From positions 1,500,001 to 1,532,000 of the forward strand of contig NC_002677.1 of NCBI RefSeq assembly GCF_000195855.1: a stretch of 32,000 nucleotides of DNA, read 5' to 3'. This document shows positions 12,139-23,277 of the stretch, in pieces; positions within the stretch are counted from its first letter, which is position 1, and each line of letters opens with the position of its first letter. This stretch comes from Mycobacterium leprae TN. Its GTDB lineage: Bacteria; Actinomycetota; Actinomycetes; Mycobacteriales; Mycobacteriaceae. The notes beneath the pieces were generated by a model. It was not told where the DNA came from, did no database searches, and worked only from the letters and a program-made list of their open reading frames with translations. A program made the translations under genes and the position numbers.

Positions 12139-13728
12139 GTGCACGCCCACCTCGCCGCCACCACGTCACGTGAGGACTTTCGCCAGCTAGCTGTCGATCA
12201 TCGGGTGGTTCCAGTGACCCGCAAAGTCTTGGCCGATAGCGAAACGCCGCTATCGGCATACCGGAAGCTCGCCGCCAATCGTCCGAGCACCTTCCTGCTA
12301 GAGTCGGCCGAGAACGGCAGATCCTGGTCGCAGTGGTCGTTCATTGGCGTGGGTGCCCCATCGGCTTTGACAATTCGTGACGGCGAAGCGGTGTGGCTGG
12401 GCACTGTACCGCAGGACGCGCCCACTGGCGGTGACCCCCTGCATGTCCTGCAGGCCACGCTCGAGCTACTTGCCACCGCGGCAATGCCCGGGTTGCCACC
12501 GCTATCGAGTGGTATGGTGGGCTTCTTCGCCTACGACATGGTGCGGCGCCTGGAGCGCCTGCCTGAACTGGCCTTAAATGATTTGCAGTTGCCCGATATG
12601 CTGCTGCTGTTGGCCACCGATGTAGCGGCCGTTGACCACCACGAGGGCACGATCACCCTGATTGCCAACGCTGTGAACTGGAACGGTACCGATGAGCGGG
12701 TAGATCAGGCCTACGACGATGCGATCGCGCGCTTGGACGTAATGACCGCAGCACTGGGCCAGCCGCTGCCATCGACCATTGCCACGTTCAGCCGGCCCGA
12801 CCCTCGGCGCCGAGCGCAATGCACCATCGAGGAATACGGTGCGATCGTCGACCACCTCGTCGACCAGATCGCGGCCGGTGAGGCCTTTCAAGTGGTGCCC
12901 TCGCAGCGCTTCGAGGTGGATACCGATGTCGATCCGATCGATGTCTATCGCATGCTGCGGGTCACCAACCCTAGCCCTTACATGTATCTGCTGCATGTGC
13001 CTAATAGCGATGGAGCAACTGGCTTTTCGATCGTTGGATCCAGCCCGGAGGCGTTGGTGACCGTCAAGGACGGTCGGGTGACGACGCATCCGATCGCTGG
13101 AACTCGCTGGCGAGGCCAGACCGAAGAAGAGGATCAGCTACTGGAAAAAGAGTTGCTCGCCGACGAGAAGGAACGAGCAGAGCACTTAATGCTTGTCGAT
13201 CTCGGTCGCAACGACCTTGGTCGGGTCTGTACGCCAGGCACCGTACGTGTCGAGGATTACAGCCACGTTGAACGTTACAGTCACGTAATGCACATGGTGT
13301 CTACGGTGACCGGGCTGCTCGGTGAAGGCCGCACCGCCCTGGACGCGGTGACCGCCTGCTTCCCTGCCGGCACGCTGTCGGGTGCCCCGAAGGTGCGGTC
13401 CATGGAGCTAATCGAGGAAGTGGAGAAGACGCGCCGCGGCCTTTATGGTGGCGTGGTCGGTTACCTCGACTTCGCTGGTAACGCTGACTTCGCGATAGCA
13501 ATCCGTACAGCGCTGATGCGTGACGGCATCGCGTATGTCCAAGCCGGCGGTGGGGTAGTGGCCGACTCCAACGGGCCCTACGAATACATCGAGGCGAGTA
13601 ACAAGGCTCGAGCGGTGTTGAACGCGATCGCCGCCGCCGAGACGTTGACCTCTTTGGACTTCGGTGTTGCCCTCGCCCCTGGCCGCGTGGCGGCCAGGGG
13701 CGAGGCGGGCAATCAAGGGAGGCTGTGA
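12139..13728 (+). CDS. trpE: Anthranilate synthase component I
   Basis: [84 protein letters not shown]; GTG start. Confidence 0.97.
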
Positions 13729-14522
13729 TGGCTCCTGATATCAAGAGCGCCCGGGCCGGCCGGCTGACGATTCAAATAGCGCAGTTGTTGCTGGTGGTTG
13801 CTGCTGGCGCATTGTGGATGGCGGCCCGGCTGCCGTGGGTCGTTATTCGGTCGTTCGACGGGTTGGGTCCTCCAAAGGAGGTGGCTCTTTCCGGAGCGTC
13901 ATGGTCGGCGGTGCTGCTGCCGTTAGCGCTGCTCATGCTGGCCGCGACTGTCGCAGCGATCGCAGTGCGCGGTTGGCCGTTGCGGGTGTTGGCAGGGCTG
14001 CTGGCAGTGGCTAGCTTCCTGGTCGGCTATTTGGGTGTCAGCCTGTGGGTGCTGCCGGATGTAACGGTGCGCGGAGCTGTCCTGGCGCACGTCTCGTTGT
14101 TGTCGCTGGTAGGTAGCCAACGGCACCATCTGGGCGCAGGGGCTGCGGTAGCAGCTTCTGGGTGCACCCTCATTGCTGCTGTTTTATTGATGCGGTCGGC
14201 TTCCGTCATCGGATCCGCCCGCCAGGGCACATCGAAATACGTGGTTCCAGCGCAACGTCGTTCGATCGCGCGGCGCGACGGTGCCGCGACGGCGATCTCG
14301 CAGATGTCAGAGCGGATGATCTGGGATGCGCTTGACGAAGACCGAGACCCGACGGACCGACTCCGCGAGCCGGACACCGAGGGGCGGTGGTGGACCGCGT
14401 GTCGACGGTCGCTACCCTTCATGAACGTCGTCGAAATCGGCGGGTGTACCGGTTCGGTAGCCGGTCGGTGGGTGACAAGCGGGAAAGGAAACGACACGCA
14501 TGTGTCCGGCAACTGTGCTTGA
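13725..14522 (+). CDS. Trp-region conserved membrane protein (Rv1610-like, TIGR02234 type)
   Basis: 265-aa ORF with four hydrophobic segments overlapping trpE stop and trpC start; alternative ATG at 13728. Confidence 0.88.
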
Positions 14523-15318
14523 CTCCATTCTAAAGGGAGTCCGGGCCGACGTTGCCGCACGCGAAGCCTGCATCAGCCTGTCCGAAATCAAAGCCGCCGC
14601 CGCGGCCGCACCAGCACCGCTGGACGCTATGGCCGCTTTACGTGAGCCCGGTATTGGTGTTATCGCCGAGGTCAAGCGCGCCAGTCCATCGGTGGGCTCA
14701 TTGGCCACCATCGCTGATCCGGCAAAGCTGGCCCAGGCCTACGAGGACGGCGGTGCTCGGATCATCAGCGTTTTGACCGAGGAACGTCGCTTTAACGGTT
14801 CACTCGACGATCTCGATGCAGTGCGCGCCGCGGTTTCAGTACCGGTGTTGCGCAAAGACTTTGTGGTGCAGCCATATCAGATCCATGAGGCGCGCGCGCA
14901 CGGTGCCGATATGTTGTTGTTGATCGTTGCTGCGTTGGACCAATCGGCGTTGATGTCTATGCTGGACCGCACCGAATCACTTGGTATGATTGCTCTCGTT
15001 GAAGTCCGCACGGAACAGGAAGCGGACCGGGCCCTAAAGGCAGGGGCCAAGGTGATAGGTGTAAACGCTCGCGATTTAATGACGTTGGAAGTGGACCGGG
15101 ATTGCTTCTCGCGAATTGCTCCTGGGTTGCCGAGTAACGTGATCAGGATCGCCGAATCCGGTGTACGTGGCCCCGCGGATCTGTTGGCTTACGCTGGTGC
15201 GGGAGCGGACGCCGTGTTGGTCGGCGAAGGCCTGGTGAAAAGTGGTGACCCGCGGGCAGCGGTTGCCGATCTGGTCACCGCGGGTACCCACCCGTCATGC
15301 CCAAAACCGGCTCGCTAG
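14500..15318 (+). CDS. trpC: Indole-3-glycerol phosphate synthase
   Basis: [83 protein letters not shown]. Confidence 0.97.
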   Translation: MCPATVLDSILKGVRADVAAREACISLSEIKAAAAAAPAPLDAMAALREPGIGVIAEVKRASPSVGSLATIADPAKLAQAYEDGGARIISVLTEERRFNGSLDDLDAVRAAVSVPVLRKDFVVQPYQIHEARAHGADMLLLIVAALDQSALMSMLDRTESLGMIALVEVRTEQEADRALKAGAKVIGVNARDLMTLEVDRDCFSRIAPGLPSNVIRIAESGVRGPADLLAYAGAGADAVLVGEGLVKSGDPRAAVADLVTAGTHPSCPKPAR

Positions 15319-15381
15319 TCATTCGACAAGATGCAGTGGTGAAACATTGAACGCTATCAGCCGACTGCCCGTTGAGTTCCG

Positions 15382-16635
15382 GTGATGCCGAATCTATCCT
15401 GTTTTAGCGTGGCCATCTCCGAACCCACTTGCCACGACCCCGATTCGGGTGGGCATTTTGGTGGCCCCGATGGTTATGGTGGTCGCTACGTCCCCGAAGC
15501 GCTGATGGCGGTGATCGAGGAGGTCACCGCCGCTTACGAGAAGGAACGCGTTAATCAGGACTTCCTGGACCTGCTGGACAAGTTGCAAGCAAACTACGCT
15601 GGCCGGCCGTCGCCGCTATATGAAGCTACTCGGCTTAGCGAATACGCTGGCTCGGTGCGCATCTTTCTCAAGCGGGAAGACTTGAACCACACTGGTTCTC
15701 ACAAGATCAACAATGTCCTTGGTCAGACATTGCTGGCCCAGCGAATGGGCAAGACGCGAGTGATTGCTGAGACGGGTGCCGGTCAGCATGGAGTGGCCAC
15801 AGCGACGGCGTGTGCGCTGTTCGGCCTGGATTGTGTGATCTACATGGGTGCCCTTGACACTGCTAGGCAGGCACTCAACGTGGCGCGGATGCGGTTGCTG
15901 GGTGCCGAGGTCGTATCGGTCGAGACTGGCTCGCGAACGCTCAAGGACGCCATCAACGACGCGTTCCGGGATTGGGTTACTAATGCAGATAACACTTACT
16001 ACTGCTTCGGGACTGCTTCGGGACCGCATCCTTTTCCGACTATGGTGCGTGACTTACAGCGCGTCATCGGTCTCGAGACACGTCGGCAAATCCAGTATCA
16101 GGCGGGCAGGCTACCGGACGCGGTTACGGCGTGCATCGGCGGAGGGTCCAACGCTATCGGGATCTTCCACGCGTTCCTCGATGATCCGGGTGTACGGCTG
16201 GTCGGGTTCGAGGCAGCTGGCGATGGCGTCGAGACTGGCAGGCATGCAGCGACATTGACCGGCGGCTTGCCCGGAGCGTTCCAGGGAACGTTCTCCTACT
16301 TGCTGCAGGACGAGGACGGTCAGACCATCGAGTCCCATTCAATCGCAGCAGGTCTGGACTATCCGGGGGTTGGCCCCGAACACGCGTGGCTCAGGGAAAC
16401 CGGACGCGCCGAATACCAGCCCATTACTGATTCTGAGGCGATAGAGGCGTTTCGTTTACTGTGTCGCACCGAAGGTATTTTACCGGCCCTCGAGTCCGCG
16501 CATGCTGTAGCCGGTGCCCTCAAGTTGGCTTCTGAAATAGGCAAGGGTGCGGTCATAGTGGTGAACCTTTCGGGTCGCGGCGATAAGGATATCGAGGCAG
16601 CTGCTAAGTGGTTCGGCCTGCTGGGTACCAGATGA
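15382..16635 (+). CDS. trpB: Tryptophan synthase beta chain
   Basis: FGGRYVPE-like [62 protein letters not shown]. Confidence 0.98.
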   Translation: MMPNLSCFSVAISEPTCHDPDSGGHFGGPDGYGGRYVPEALMAVIEEVTAAYEKERVNQDFLDLLDKLQANYAGRPSPLYEATRLSEYAGSVRIFLKREDLNHTGSHKINNVLGQTLLAQRMGKTRVIAETGAGQHGVATATACALFGLDCVIYMGALDTARQALNVARMRLLGAEVVSVETGSRTLKDAINDAFRDWVTNADNTYYCFGTASGPHPFPTMVRDLQRVIGLETRRQIQYQAGRLPDAVTACIGGGSNAIGIFHAFLDDPGVRLVGFEAAGDGVETGRHAATLTGGLPGAFQGTFSYLLQDEDGQTIESHSIAAGLDYPGVGPEHAWLRETGRAEYQPITDSEAIEAFRLLCRTEGILPALESAHAVAGALKLASEIGKGAVIVVNLSGRGDKDIEAAAKWFGLLGTR

Positions 16636-17444
16636 TGGTTCTGGAACAGAGCGAAACAAGTAGGCTTGGGCCGGTTTTCGATTCGTGTCGTGCGGACAAT
16701 CGCGCGGCATTGATTGGTTACTTGCCCACCGGTTACCCTGATGTGCCTACTTCGGTGGACGCGATGATAGAACTCGTCGAATCCGGCTGTGACATCATTG
16801 AAGTTGGCGTTCCTTATTCGGATCCCGGTATGGACGGTCCAACCATCGCGAGGGCCACCGAGGTTGCGCTTCGTGGAGGAGTACGAGTCCGCGATACTCT
16901 AGCCGCGGTCGAGGCGATCAGCCAAGCTGGCGGACGCGCCGTGGTGATGACGTACTGGAATCCTGTGTTGCGCTATGGGGTTTGTGCGTTTGCGCGGGAT
17001 CTGGAGTCAGCTGGAGGACACGGTCTGGTCACTCCCGACCTTATTCCCGACGAAGCACGCCAATGGATCGCGGCATCCGAGAAGCATCGGTTGGATCGCA
17101 TTTTTCTAGTGGCTCCATCATCGACGCCGCACCGGTTGGTGACCACGGTCGGGGCATCACGTGGATTTGTTTATGCGGTGTCTGTGATGGGTGTGACCGG
17201 GGCGCGTGACGCGGTGTCGCAGGTTGTGCCAGAACTGGTGGCCAGGGTGAAGGCAGTATCTGACATTGCGGTCGGGGTCGGCCTGGGGGTGCGATCACGA
17301 GAGCAGGCCGCGCAGATCGGCGGCTACGCCGACGGTGTCATTGTTGGTTCCGCGTTGGTGTCGGCGCTGGGTGACGGTTTGCCTCGATTGCGTGCTCTTG
17401 CCGAGGAACTCGCCGCCGGCGTGCGCCAAAGGACGTTCATGTGA
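16632..17444 (+). CDS. trpA: Tryptophan synthase alpha chain
   Basis: [62 protein letters not shown]; ATGA overlap with trpB. Confidence 0.97.
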   Translation: MMVLEQSETSRLGPVFDSCRADNRAALIGYLPTGYPDVPTSVDAMIELVESGCDIIEVGVPYSDPGMDGPTIARATEVALRGGVRVRDTLAAVEAISQAGGRAVVMTYWNPVLRYGVCAFARDLESAGGHGLVTPDLIPDEARQWIAASEKHRLDRIFLVAPSSTPHRLVTTVGASRGFVYAVSVMGVTGARDAVSQVVPELVARVKAVSDIAVGVGLGVRSREQAAQIGGYADGVIVGSALVSALGDGLPRLRALAEELAAGVRQRTFM

Positions 17445-18433
17445 CGAGGATGTTGCCTGGATATTTTCCCAGCCCACCGCGTGGGGTCTGGCACCTTGGT
17501 CCGCTGCCGATTCGAGCGTACGCGCTGCTCATCATCCTCGGTATCGTCGCTGCGCTAGTGGTCGGCGGCCGGTGCTGGGAGGCTCGAGGCGGTGAGCGCG
17601 ACGTGACCTATGACATCGCGCTGTGGGCTGTACCTTTCGGATTGGTTGGTGGCAGACTCTATCACCTGGCCACTGATTGGCGGACCTACTTCGGGCAAAA
17701 CGGTGCCGGGCTCGGCGCGGCTCTGCGAATCTGGGACGGTGGTTTGGGTATCTGGGGCGCTGTGGCTCTCGGCTGCGTGGGCGCGTGGCTTGGTTGTCGA
17801 CGTCACCGAATTCCGTTGCCGGCATTCGGTGACGCGCTAGCTCCGGGGATCATTTTGGCGCAGGCAATCGGCCGGTTAGGAAATTATTTCAATCAGGAAC
17901 TTTACGGACGAGAAACCACGATGCCGTGGGGCTTGGAGGTCTTCTACCGTCGAGATCCCGCGGGATACATGGACCCACATTCACTCGATGGTGTTTCGAC
18001 TGGACAATTGGCGTTCGTCGTACAGCCGACATTTCTTTACGAATTGATCTGGAACGTTCTAGTATTCTTCGCGTTGATCTACGTGGACCGATGGTTCACA
18101 CTGGGCCACGGCCGACTGTTTGCAACCTATGTCGCCGCCTATTGCATCGGACGGTTCTGCGTCGAGCTGTTGCGTGACGACGCGGCCACACACATCGCTG
18201 GAATCCGGATCAATTCGTTCACATCGACTTTCGTGTTCATCGGGGCAGTGGTTTATATCATTCTGGCGCCGAAAGGGCGCGAAGAGCCTGAAAACCTTTG
18301 TCGTGCTGAATATGTAGCAAGAGAAATTCCAGAACCCGAGTCAGCGACTGAGCGCGCGACTGTGGCTTCAACCTACGCTACAACAACGGCGGTGCCAGTT
18401 TCTGCCGACGAAGAGTTTGCAGAAACGAATTGA
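17441..18433 (+). CDS. lgt: Prolipoprotein diacylglyceryl transferase
   Basis: GGRLYHLATDWRTYFG, AIGRLGNYFNQELYGRETTMPWGLEVFYRRDP, QPTFLYELIWN, GHGRLFATYVAAYCIGRFCVELLRDD; GTG start. Confidence 0.95.
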   Translation: MTRMLPGYFPSPPRGVWHLGPLPIRAYALLIILGIVAALVVGGRCWEARGGERDVTYDIALWAVPFGLVGGRLYHLATDWRTYFGQNGAGLGAALRIWDGGLGIWGAVALGCVGAWLGCRRHRIPLPAFGDALAPGIILAQAIGRLGNYFNQELYGRETTMPWGLEVFYRRDPAGYMDPHSLDGVSTGQLAFVVQPTFLYELIWNVLVFFALIYVDRWFTLGHGRLFATYVAAYCIGRFCVELLRDDAATHIAGIRINSFTSTFVFIGAVVYIILAPKGREEPENLCRAEYVAREIPEPESATERATVASTYATTTAVPVSADEEFAETN

Positions 18434-18838
18434 ATCTGCTGAAGTTGTTGAATCTGATGCAGAGCGCCAAGTGTGAGCCCGTCGAAGACAAGGTTGAGCA
18501 ATTCACCGAGGAGGAAGCGTCGACTATCGGTGCCGAATCCGACACCGACGCCGAGGATTGGGAACACCGGTCCAAAGCGGAGGGGGTTAAGGAATTGGTT
18601 GAAGAGACATGGTCGTCGTCACTGACGTCGAGTCAGACACAATGGCACCGGTCGATGCCGAGCTAGAAGAATCCGTAGTTGAACAGGGGCGGGGAATCTC
18701 GGCTAGTGATGATGGGTTAGCGCGGCAGCGCTGGACTGTCCGGTTGAGGAAACCGGCTGTTGCGTTCGGTTCGGTAGTTGCCGGATGCACGTTGCGGTGG
18801 CTGGGTCGGTATCCCAGTGGATCTGGCATGCTGAAAAT
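18434..18838 (+). pseudogene. Out-of-frame remnant of a longer acidic Lgt C-terminal extension
   Basis: Downstream of the lgt stop, another frame reads CEPVEDKVEQFTEEEASTIGAESDTDAEDWEHRSKAEGVKELVEE and then a third frame VESDTMAPVDAELEESVVEQGR...LARQRWTVRLRKPA, matching the acidic tail ending in a basic patch of the longer M. tuberculosis Lgt (from memory). Confidence 0.6.
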
Positions 18839-19228
18839 GTGACTGATCAGTCGTGGTCCGATCCGGCAAGGTCTGGATCGCCACCGCCGGGCTATCCATC
18901 TGGGTATCTGCCGTCGTATCCGCAATACCCGGGGGCTGGGGGCTACCTCGATCCGGCCGCACCCTGGGGTCGGTATCCGGTTACCGGGCAGCTGCTTTTC
19001 GGCAAATCGAAGACCGTTGCGGGTCTGTTGCAGCTTCTTGGCTTAATCGGCATCTTGGATATCGGCCGCATTTACCTTGGCTACATTGAGCTGGGTATCG
19101 CGCAGTTGCTGTTAGGCATTTTCACGTGCGGACTTGGCGTGGTCATCTGGGTTATTGCCGACGCGCTGTTGATATCCACCGACAAAGTCAGGGACCTGTC
19201 GGGTCGTCTGTTGCGCGATGGAACTTAA
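18839..19228 (+). CDS. Pro/Tyr/Gly-rich N-terminus + TM2 domain membrane protein (Rv1615-like)
   Basis: GTG start: VTDQSWSDPARSGSPPPGYPSGYLPSYPQYPG...LLGLIGILDIGRIYLGYIELGIAQLLLGIFTCGLGVVIWVIADALLI. Confidence 0.85.
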   Translation: MTDQSWSDPARSGSPPPGYPSGYLPSYPQYPGAGGYLDPAAPWGRYPVTGQLLFGKSKTVAGLLQLLGLIGILDIGRIYLGYIELGIAQLLLGIFTCGLGVVIWVIADALLISTDKVRDLSGRLLRDGT

Positions 19229-19658
19229 CCAGGTCTCGCGAGCTGCACAGCAGCGTCGTCAGCAGGACCCACATCGTCGTCTTTACGGTGTGGCCGGTTC
19301 GGGGTTGTTGTTGGCCGGTGCATTCGGCTATATCGGGTTCGTCGACCCGCACAATGCGGATTTAGTGTATCCGCTGTGTCTGTTTAAGCTGCTTACGGGC
19401 TGGAATTGTCCGTTTTGTGGTGGCCTTCGGTTGATGCATGACCTGTTGCACGGCGATTTGGCAGCCAGCGTCAGCGACAATGTTTTTCTGTTGGTCGGAA
19501 TCCCAGTGTTGGTCGGCTGGGTTGTGCTGCGTCGCCGCCTTGGCCAGTCAGTATTGCCGACAGTCGCGTTGCTGACGATCACGGTCGCGTCGATCGTGTG
19601 GACGGTGTTGCGCAACGTGCCTGGGTTCCCGTTGGTTCCGACTGTTTACAGCGGGTAA
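19218..19658 (+). CDS. DUF2752 membrane protein (Rv1616-like)
   Basis: GWNCPFCGGLRLMHDLLHGDLAAS motif with flanking hydrophobic helices; overlaps upstream gene by 11 nt. Confidence 0.87.
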   Translation: MELNQVSRAAQQRRQQDPHRRLYGVAGSGLLLAGAFGYIGFVDPHNADLVYPLCLFKLLTGWNCPFCGGLRLMHDLLHGDLAASVSDNVFLLVGIPVLVGWVVLRRRLGQSVLPTVALLTITVASIVWTVLRNVPGFPLVPTVYSG

Positions 19659-19740
19659 CCGTGCGGTGCGCCGGACAAGTTAGCCGTCCTTACGTACCTT
19701 AAATCCGCGCTGGTTATTGGCGAGACTATGCTGGGTCGTC

Positions 19741-21159
19741 GTGACGAGACGCGGGAAGATCGTCTGTACCCTTGGCCCTGCAACACAATCGGACGAGTTA
19801 ATCCGGGCGCTGGTTGAAGCCGGAATGGACGTTGCCCGCATGAACTTCAGTCACGGCGATTACTCCGATCACAAGGCTGTTTACGATCGGGTGCGCGTCG
19901 CATCTGATGCAACCGGACGCGCGGTCGGCGTGCTCGCTGACCTGCAGGGCCCAAAGATCAGGCTGGGACGCTTTGCCACGGGGTCCACCTACTGGGCTGA
20001 CGGTGAAACGGTAAGGATCACTGTGGCCGACTGCCACGGTAGCCACGACCGGGTATCAACCACCTACAAGAATTTGGCCAGGGATGCGGTGGTCGGTGAC
20101 CGGGTTCTGGTCGACGACGGCAAGGTCGGACTGGTGGTCTCGGCCATCGATGGCGACGACGTGGTCTGTACTGTCACTGAAGGCGGCCCGGTTAGCAACA
20201 ACAAGGGCATGTCGTTGCCCGGGATGCACGTGTCTGCTCCGGCTTTGTCGGACAAGGACATCGAGGACCTCACGTTCGCGCTGAATCTCGGCGCCGATCT
20301 GGTCGCGCTGTCGTTTGTGCGCTCGCCGTCTGACGTTGAGCTGGTCCACAAGGCGATGGATCGCGTCGGGCGGCGTGTACCGGTGATCGCCAAGCTGGAG
20401 AAGCCAGAAGCCGTCGATAACCTCGAAGCTATTGTGTTGGCATTCGATGCCATCATGGTGGCTCGCGGCGACCTGGGTGTCGAGCTGCCACTTGAAGAGG
20501 TCCCACTGGTGCAGAAGCGGGCAATCCAGATGGCAAGGGAGAATGCGAAACCCGTCATCGTGGCTACCCAGATGCTAGACTCGATGATCGAAAACTCCCG
20601 GCCGACCCGAGCTGAGGCCTCCGACGTCGCTAATGCGGTGCTCGACGGCGCCGACGCGCTCATGTTGTCTGAGGAAACGTCGGTGGGGAAGTACCCATTG
20701 GCAGCCGTGAAGACGATGTCGCGCATTGTGTGTGCGGTTGAGGAGAATTCCACGGCCGCGCCGCCGTTGACACACGTACCTCGCACGAAGCGGGGGGTGA
20801 TCTCGTACGCTGCCCGCGATATCGGTGAAAGACTCGACGCTAAGGCCTTGGTTGCGTTCACTCAATCCGGTGACACGGTGCGGCGACTGGCGCGTCTACA
20901 TACCCCGCTGCCGCTGCTTGCCTTCACCGCGTGGCCAGAGGTGCGCAGCCAACTCGCTATGACTTGGGGCACCGAGACATTTCTCGTACCAAAGATGCTG
21001 TCCACTGACGGTATGATACGCCAGGTGGACAAGTCACTGCTCGAACTTGGTCGCTACAAGCGTGGTGACTTGGTGGTGATCGTCGCTGGCACGCCACCTG
21101 GCACAGTAGGATCGACCAACTTGATCCATGTGCACCGGATTGGGGAGGACGACGTATAG
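19741..21159 (+). CDS. pykA: Pyruvate kinase
   Basis: RRGKIVCTLGPATQS, RMNFSHGDY, DLQGPKIRLGRF, MVARGDLGVELPLEEVP, QMLDSMIENSRPTRAEASDVANAVLDGADALMLSEETSVGKYP; GTG at 19741 preferred over 19717. Confidence 0.96.
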   Translation: MTRRGKIVCTLGPATQSDELIRALVEAGMDVARMNFSHGDYSDHKAVYDRVRVASDATGRAVGVLADLQGPKIRLGRFATGSTYWADGETVRITVADCHGSHDRVSTTYKNLARDAVVGDRVLVDDGKVGLVVSAIDGDDVVCTVTEGGPVSNNKGMSLPGMHVSAPALSDKDIEDLTFALNLGADLVALSFVRSPSDVELVHKAMDRVGRRVPVIAKLEKPEAVDNLEAIVLAFDAIMVARGDLGVELPLEEVPLVQKRAIQMARENAKPVIVATQMLDSMIENSRPTRAEASDVANAVLDGADALMLSEETSVGKYPLAAVKTMSRIVCAVEENSTAAPPLTHVPRTKRGVISYAARDIGERLDAKALVAFTQSGDTVRRLARLHTPLPLLAFTAWPEVRSQLAMTWGTETFLVPKMLSTDGMIRQVDKSLLELGRYKRGDLVVIVAGTPPGTVGSTNLIHVHRIGEDDV

Positions 21160-21292
21160 GTCGCCCGTCTCGGCAACGATGCGGGCCGGGTAGCGGCCCG
21201 ACGAAGAGCTGGGCAATCAGTCTGAGGAGAGCCCGTCCGTGTCGGTTTGGCGATGAGCCGAATGCGTGAAAAGACTCTGGGAAAAAAAGACT

Positions 21293-22159
21293 ATGTCTGA
21301 CTTCGAGGAACTGCTTGCGGTATTAGATCTCAACCGCGTCGCCGATGACCTATTCATCGGATCCCATCCCAGCAAGAACCCGCTGCGGACATTCGGCGGG
21401 CAGCTCGTGGCGCAGTCCTTTGTGGCTAGTAGCCGCACGCTGATCCGAGACGACCTGCCGCCCAGCGCATTTTCAGTGCACTTTATCAATGGTGGTGATA
21501 CAGCCAAGGAAATCGAGTTTCACGTTGTACGGCTGCGTGACGAGCGGCGCTTCGCCAACCGTCGTGTCGATGCGATTCAGGACGGCATGTTGTTGTCCTC
21601 AGCGATGGCTTCCTACATGTCTGGCGGGTGTGGGCTTGAGCATGCTGTCGAGCCGCCGGAGGCGGCCGAACCTCATACCCGGCCGCCGATAGGCGAGCTG
21701 TTACGCGGCTACGAGCAGATTGTGCAGCATTTCGTCAATGCGTTGCAACCGGTCGAGTGGCGCTACGTCAATGACCCGTCTTGGGTTATGCGTAACAAAG
21801 GCCAACGGCTTGCCTACAATCGGGTCTGGGTAAAGGCGTTGGGGGCACTGCCCAACGATCCTACCTTGCACACCGCGGCGATGCTGTATTCTACTGACAC
21901 CACCGTGTTGGATTCAGTTATAACTACTCATGGGCTGTCGTGGGGCTTCGACCGTATTTTTGCTGTTTCCGCTAACCATTCGGTGTGGTTTCACCGACAG
22001 GTGAACTTCGATGACTGGGTGTTGTATTCGACGTCGTCTCCGGTAGCTGCAGATTCGCGCGGACTGGGTACTGGGCATTTGTTTGATCGCTCGGGGCAAC
22101 TAATTGCCACGGTGGTCCAAGAAGGGGTATTGAAATACTTTCCTGCCTCCCATCGATAG
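21293..22159 (+). CDS. tesB1: Acyl-CoA thioesterase II
   Basis: FGGQLVAQSFVASSRT, RDERRFANRRVDAIQDG (hot-dog family), LYSTDTTVLDSV, THGLSWGF, SPVAADSRGLGTGHLFDRSGQLIATVVQEG. Confidence 0.94.
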   Translation: MSDFEELLAVLDLNRVADDLFIGSHPSKNPLRTFGGQLVAQSFVASSRTLIRDDLPPSAFSVHFINGGDTAKEIEFHVVRLRDERRFANRRVDAIQDGMLLSSAMASYMSGGCGLEHAVEPPEAAEPHTRPPIGELLRGYEQIVQHFVNALQPVEWRYVNDPSWVMRNKGQRLAYNRVWVKALGALPNDPTLHTAAMLYSTDTTVLDSVITTHGLSWGFDRIFAVSANHSVWFHRQVNFDDWVLYSTSSPVAADSRGLGTGHLFDRSGQLIATVVQEGVLKYFPASHR

Positions 22160-22339
22160 ACCATAGCTCGATACGCAAATCGACCTCACGATTTCGGCTC
22201 AGCACCATTCTGGTCGAGCGCCCCGTTTCTTTAGGTGGTATTTTATTTGCGTCGTGGGAAGCGATGGGTGAATCGCTTAGCTGAGAAGTAGCGACATCGG
22301 GAGGTGATTGTGAACTAGCCGCCGGGTCGATATTGTGCC

Positions 22340-23277
22340 GAGACTCCACGTGCGTTAACGCGTCGGGGTTCACGTCGATTCGCTCGCCGCCCGCTGGATC
22401 GGTGCTATGGTTCTGTTATGCGTCGTACTCTGGCTGGTCGTGTTGCTTGCTGTGACCATCATCCGGGGTAAGAGGTTTACCGCCATCGGCTGGTAACTGA
22501 TGGTCCTGGCTGCGATGGCATTGATCGCTCGTGGCATCTTACTGGGGCGTCCAGTGATGACCATGTACGCGACAGCTGCGGTTCTATTTGTGTTGGCCGG
22601 CATGGGCCGGTGTACACGTGCTGCCCCTCGATTTGCTCAGTGACGTGTTGGTCGCCAGTTCGGGGATGGTATTTGATGTGGCCGATGTCGTCAGGTCCGC
22701 AGTCCGTAGATCTTCTACGTGCCTGGAGATTGATCAATGCCACCACCAGGTACCCGATCGACGCTGAAGAGCAATTCCCCGAGTTAGTCACTCATTTCGC
22801 CGCCTTGTGCCCTACCTAAGGCTGGCGGATCGTGATGGTGGGTTGCACCGAGCGGCGGCTCAAGCTATGGAGTGATTTTGTCACGCTCGGGCAATCGTTG
22901 CGGGCAATATCTATCGGCGGCGATGTTGTCCATCCACGTGTCTAGCTTCGATACGGTGGAGCGGAAGTTCCACAACCTGTGTCAGGGCAGTGCAGCGCAC
23001 TCACAATTGCGGCATCACGACTGAAGATTGTGGCAGAACAGGAACTTGACGATAGGCGGGGTTGGCTGCACTTGCTTACGTAGTGCGAGCATCACCCACC
23101 GGGGCGTACATGGATAGCCGGTTTTACATGAACCTCGATAGAGTGCTGGAGGGACGGATAGCTAGGTTGTTGTCAGAGACGCCTCAAGCCGTGTGCAGGG
23201 CTCTCACTGGCGTAACGACTACCAGCCCCGGCAGGGGCGGCCGGATATTCACCCTTGATTACGCCTTGGCGTCGTAA
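22340..23277 (+). pseudogene. Degenerate membrane protein, probably the Rv1619-position gene
   Basis: One frame reads DSLAARWIGAMVLLCVVLWLVVLLAVTIIRGKRFTAIGW*LMVLAAMALIARGILLGRPVMTMYATAAVLFVLAGMGR (in-frame stop); later fragment YVVRASPTGAYMDSRFYMNLDRVLEGRIARLLSE...GRIFTLDYALAS*. Assignment is by synteny only. Confidence 0.45.

Noticed and set aside
14027-14560. 177-aa minus-strand ORF opposite the trp membrane protein gene
   Set aside because: Low-complexity Arg/Pro/Ser-rich translation; the plus-strand gene overlaps trpE and trpC in normal operon fashion.
16001-16030. Tandem duplication CTGCTTCGGGA x2 in trpB as a possible disruptive insertion
   Set aside because: The protein reads [13 protein letters not shown] with the same length as orthologues, so it is a coincidental codon-level repeat and not an inserted copy.
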